DNA of 64,000 nucleotides from Gammaproteobacteria bacterium (GTDB lineage Bacteria; Pseudomonadota; Gammaproteobacteria; CAJXQU01): NCBI GenBank assembly GCA_965238175.1, contig CBDEGZ010000003.1, positions 3,136,001 to 3,200,000 of the forward strand, read 5' to 3'. Shown piece by piece: positions 60,409 to 64,000 of this stretch (position 1 is its first letter; each line of letters starts with the position of its first letter). The notes under the pieces were generated by a model. It saw only the letters and a program-made list of their open reading frames with translations, ran no database searches and was not told where the DNA came from. The position numbers and the translations under genes were made by a program.

Positions 60409-61557
60409 GTGAGTTTAAACCCCGTTAAAATTTGGCTGTTTTTCGCTCTGGCTGGCTGTTTGATCACAGTAGAAACCCTATTATTTTCATTGCAATATCA
60501 TTGGCTATTGCTGATTTTACCTTTACTGGTAAGCAGCATAGCTTTAATAAGTTACGTATTTTACAATCGAAATATTAAAGATAATGTCAGTTCCAACAAC
60601 ACACTTACACATCTCGACCTCTCCCAACAAGTCACTTCGATAAAAGCTAATCAAACAATGTCAAAACTATCGACCACAACCCCGATACAAAAATCGTCTG
60701 TTCTCAAGCAAAATAATAATCGTTCAAACTCTATTTTTGGCCATTATCAACTTGATAAAGAAATAGGCAAAGGTGCCATGGGTATCGTCTATCAGGCTCA
60801 CGATCTTGAAACAAATACCAAGGTCGCAATTAAAACCTTACCGCTCGCCGATGAATTTGATCCCTCAGAAATTGAATCTGTAAAACAACGCTTTTATCGT
60901 GAAGCAGAAACAACTGGACAGCTCAACCACCCAAACATTGTCAAAATTCATGGTGTTGGTGAAGAACGCGGCCTGGCTTATATCGCAATGGAATTATTGA
61001 CCGGTAGTGATTTAATACGTCATACACGAAAAAACGACTTGCTTTCACCAACAATGGCAATGGGAATAGTCTATAAAGCAGCAAAAGCCATACACTATGC
61101 CCATGAGAATCACGTCATTCATCGCGATCTTAAACCCGCAAATATCATGTTTGATCCAGAACGTAGAAAAATAAAATTGACCGACTTTGGCATTGCTCGA
61201 TTTGTTGATGCCAGTCAAACTCATGCAGGTATAATATTAGGAACACCAGCTTACATGTCTCCAGAGCAATTAGAAGGAGCAAAAATTGATGGCCGTTCCG
61301 ATCTGTTTTCACTTGGTGCGATGTTTTTTCAGTTGCTCTGTGGTGAGCTACCTTTTAAGGGTGAATCTCTCGCAATGTTAATGTATATGATCAGCAGCGA
61401 ACCACATCGTGATATTTTGACTTTAAAACCCGCATTGGTTAGAACTCATCCTCAACTTGTCGCTATAATTGACAAAGCTTTGGAAAAAGATCCCGCTGAT
61501 CGTTTTCAAAATGGCTCTGAAATGGCAGCAGCAATCAAACGATGTGCACACAGATAA
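60409..61557 (+). CDS. Membrane-anchored Hanks-type Ser/Thr kinase
   Basis: IGKGAMG, VAIK, HRDLKPAN, DFGIA, GTPAYMSPEQ. Confidence 0.93.
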   Translation: MSLNPVKIWLFFALAGCLITVETLLFSLQYHWLLLILPLLVSSIALISYVFYNRNIKDNVSSNNTLTHLDLSQQVTSIKANQTMSKLSTTTPIQKSSVLKQNNNRSNSIFGHYQLDKEIGKGAMGIVYQAHDLETNTKVAIKTLPLADEFDPSEIESVKQRFYREAETTGQLNHPNIVKIHGVGEERGLAYIAMELLTGSDLIRHTRKNDLLSPTMAMGIVYKAAKAIHYAHENHVIHRDLKPANIMFDPERRKIKLTDFGIARFVDASQTHAGIILGTPAYMSPEQLEGAKIDGRSDLFSLGAMFFQLLCGELPFKGESLAMLMYMISSEPHRDILTLKPALVRTHPQLVAIIDKALEKDPADRFQNGSEMAAAIKRCAHR

Positions 61558-61560
61558 TCT

Positions 61561-62382
61561 ATGAACTTAACTAAAGTCCTTGAATTAGCAAGTAACTCTG
61601 ACGTTGGCCGCAAACGCGAACACAACGAAGATACCAGTGCTATTGAAGCTCAACATGGTTTAATGGTTGTTGCCGATGGTATGGGAGGATATGCTGCAGG
61701 CGAGGTAGCAAGTGCGGTTGCGATTTCTACTATTGTTAAACATATCCAACGTCGATTGCCAATAGTAGCAACTTTGGAACCAGATCATAACAGCGAATTT
61801 ACCCATGAATCTCTAGTAGTAAGAGATGCTATTCGTGAGGCAAATTATGAAGTCTTTCGTTCTGCTCAAGATTATTCTCAATTTGAAGGCATGGGTACAA
61901 CTGGCGTCGTATTATTACTCTACGACAATCGCTTTACTGTAGCTCATGTTGGTGACTCTCGGCTTTATCGCTTACGTGATGAACAACTAGAGAAAATAAC
62001 TAATGATCATTCTTTGATTCAAGAGTTGATCGACCGTGGCCTCTACACACAAGAAGAGGCAGAAGCTAAAACACCTCGTAATCTTGTCACTCGAGCCCTG
62101 GGAATTAATGAAACAGTAAACGTCGATATTTTTGAAGATACAGTGATCCCAGGTGATTTATTTCTACTCTGCACCGATGGTCTGACAGATATGGTCGATG
62201 ATAATGAAATTCTCCTAATTTTGAAAAAATATAAAGATAATCTCAACAGGGTTGCTCAAGAACTCATTGACTTAGCCAATAAGCATGGTGGTAAAGACAA
62301 TATCACTGTTGTATTAGGTCGGCCCACAGTGCCTTTTCCATCATCAAACAGCTGGTACAATAAGCTTTTTGGTACGACCTAA
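61561..62382 (+). CDS. PP2C-type Ser/Thr phosphatase (Stp1/IreP family)
   Basis: R-x-x-NED, VADGMGG, MGTT, HVGDSR, LCTDGL, GG-x-DN. Confidence 0.95.
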   Translation: MNLTKVLELASNSDVGRKREHNEDTSAIEAQHGLMVVADGMGGYAAGEVASAVAISTIVKHIQRRLPIVATLEPDHNSEFTHESLVVRDAIREANYEVFRSAQDYSQFEGMGTTGVVLLLYDNRFTVAHVGDSRLYRLRDEQLEKITNDHSLIQELIDRGLYTQEEAEAKTPRNLVTRALGINETVNVDIFEDTVIPGDLFLLCTDGLTDMVDDNEILLILKKYKDNLNRVAQELIDLANKHGGKDNITVVLGRPTVPFPSSNSWYNKLFGTT

Positions 62383-62401
62383 ACATTATTGTTTACAAGC
62401 T

Positions 62402-63073
62402 ATGGCAAAAATAATTCTCAGTCTAAACGACCGACCACAAGGTGAATTCGAACTTGCAAAAGAACGAATGACGATTGGCCGTAAAAGCGAAAATAATATC
62501 CCTGTCGACAATCTCGCAATCAGTGGACTTCATGCTGTCATTCTAACAACCCTGGAAGGCTCTTTTGTTGAGGATCTTGGTAGTACTAATGGTACTTATG
62601 TCAACGGAAGGTTGATCAAAAAACAAGCTCTTAAAAACGAAGACATTATCAGTATCGGAAAACATGATCTGAAGTTTATAGCCAATCAAGAAATTAAGCC
62701 TGAAGAAAAGATTGTCGTTCCTACAAGCGGAGAGGCATCTGCCGCAACTGCTTTAAAGCAGTCTACAGCAAGTAATCCATCAGCGATGGCAATGCCCAAA
62801 GGGGTTCTACATCTACTTAACGGACCCAAAGCTGGCACCGAACTAAACTTATCTAAGGCTATGATCACACTTGGGAAACCAGGTGTACAGGTCGCCGTAA
62901 TTTCAAGAAGGCCTCAAGGCTACTTTCTTTCCTATATCGAAGGTGAAAAGGATGGCGAAGCTTTTTACCCCCAAGTAAATGGTGCTTCTATTGGCCCTAA
63001 AGCACATGCAATAGAGGACAACGACATTCTCGAACTAGCGGGTATCAAAATGCAATTCTTACTTGAACCATAA
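62402..63073 (+). CDS. FHA-domain protein
   Basis: IGR…S-x-x-HA…DLGSTNGT; degenerate second FHA. Confidence 0.9.
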   Translation: MAKIILSLNDRPQGEFELAKERMTIGRKSENNIPVDNLAISGLHAVILTTLEGSFVEDLGSTNGTYVNGRLIKKQALKNEDIISIGKHDLKFIANQEIKPEEKIVVPTSGEASAATALKQSTASNPSAMAMPKGVLHLLNGPKAGTELNLSKAMITLGKPGVQVAVISRRPQGYFLSYIEGEKDGEAFYPQVNGASIGPKAHAIEDNDILELAGIKMQFLLEP

Positions 63074-63120
63074 ATGACACATAGCCATAAACTATATTGC
63101 ATATATAAAACTAATAATAC

Positions 63121-63573
63121 CTAACTAAAACTCACTATCTGTCGTATCCCTTCAAGATAAGCCTCTTCATCAGGGAGAGTTTGATCACGTTGTGCTTGCC
63201 ATAAAACCTCACCTAAACTCTCCATCATACGGTGCTCAAGCAGATGAGGATCAGCTAACTTTTCCAGTCCAAGATCATACAGTTCCCGAATCCCTGCTGG
63301 ACGATCTGCACCATACTGTTCCTGGAGAGTAATGTGCAACCCCATATGCAAAAATGGATTAGGTACGCCAGACTCTGAATCAAAATCTGCTTCTACTGCA
63401 GCATTATGATCTTCTAAGAGTTCATGATATTCAGCGTGTTGAATAATCACCCCAGCGATCAAACTTTCTAATGGCTGTAAAATTGATCCTGCTCGATACT
63501 TTTGCCAGACATCAACAAAATATCCTCTGGAAGTGTCTCGGCCCTGTTGGGCTTTTTGATCAACTGAATTCAC
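63121..63573 (-). CDS. DUF1841-family protein
   Basis: H-x-EYH, NPFLHMGLH-x-x-L-x-EQ-x-x-x-DRP-x-GI. Confidence 0.85.
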   Translation of the reverse strand: MNSVDQKAQQGRDTSRGYFVDVWQKYRAGSILQPLESLIAGVIIQHAEYHELLEDHNAAVEADFDSESGVPNPFLHMGLHITLQEQYGADRPAGIRELYDLGLEKLADPHLLEHRMMESLGEVLWQAQRDQTLPDEEAYLEGIRQIVSFS

Positions 63574-63702
63574 TTGCTAACCCCAAAATTCATAAATAGA
63601 TTGTAACTTGGTGAATTGCATTTTACGTATTCCTATTAAACGATTTGACCAACAAGAAACATCATCCATAATATCGACCTTCGTTTCAAGCAAAAAAACC
63701 TT

Positions 63703-64000
63703 ATGCTCACTGTAGAAGATCATAGTCGCGATAGTGTCGGAATGACCTATGTTTACCCAGTATTATCTCGTCGTGCAGGTGGCCTGTCTGTAGGTATCAA
63801 CCTTAACCCAAACAATAAATGTAATTGGCGTTGTATTTACTGTCAGGTACCCGACCTCAAACGAGGCTCTGCACCTGAAATTGACCTGCAAAAATTAGAG
63901 TCTGAATTACACCAGTTTCTACAAGACGTTATAAAAGGTGATTTTTTTGATCGAGAAAATGTAGCTCTGTCGCTACGCAATGTTAAAGACATTGCACTTT
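63703..64000 (+). CDS. Radical SAM protein (3'-partial, not in ORF track)
   Basis: MLTVEDHSRD…VYPVLSRRAGGLSVGINLNPNNKCNWRCIYCQV (CxxxCxxC). Confidence 0.88.
   Translation, partial: MLTVEDHSRDSVGMTYVYPVLSRRAGGLSVGINLNPNNKCNWRCIYCQVPDLKRGSAPEIDLQKLESELHQFLQDVIKGDFFDRENVALSLRNVKDIAL

Overview
AT-rich gammaproteobacterial chromosomal window, probably environmental or marine. Core housekeeping blocks: anmK-erpA-bactofilin-argC, hemJ-thiD-thiE-hemL, glycerate kinase, tupBC, fabAB, modA, and tpm-fdxA-glnK through a Ser/Thr kinase/PP2C/FHA cluster. Two accessory regions interrupt them: about 19-28 kb (glycosyltransferases, very low-GC genes, IS relics) and about 34-56 kb (IS110 relic, vWA plus two-component system, polymorphic-toxin region). 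Top candidate for an undescribed system: an Rhs/YD toxin apparently split into three collinear genes (55527-47979, minus strand), each with its own Sec-type signal peptide. The pieces are a DUF6531+YD N-piece, a YD middle piece carrying 720-bp tandem adhesin-like repeats, and a small Rhs-core+payload piece followed by a candidate immunity gene. Directly downstream (42.7-47.5 kb) lies a stretch of Rhs, Y1/RAYT transposase and IS4 fragments whose breakpoints sit at six copies of a GGGGTCAG motif. Features missed by the ORF track include an orphan pqqA with a sigma-54 promoter, a candidate ~90-nt sRNA upstream of argC, a collapsed amtB pseudogene after glnK, a Tat signal frameshifted off a DUF1513 gene, and a MITE family with one copy interrupted by IS481. 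Family assignments come from motif recognition only; no database searches were run.
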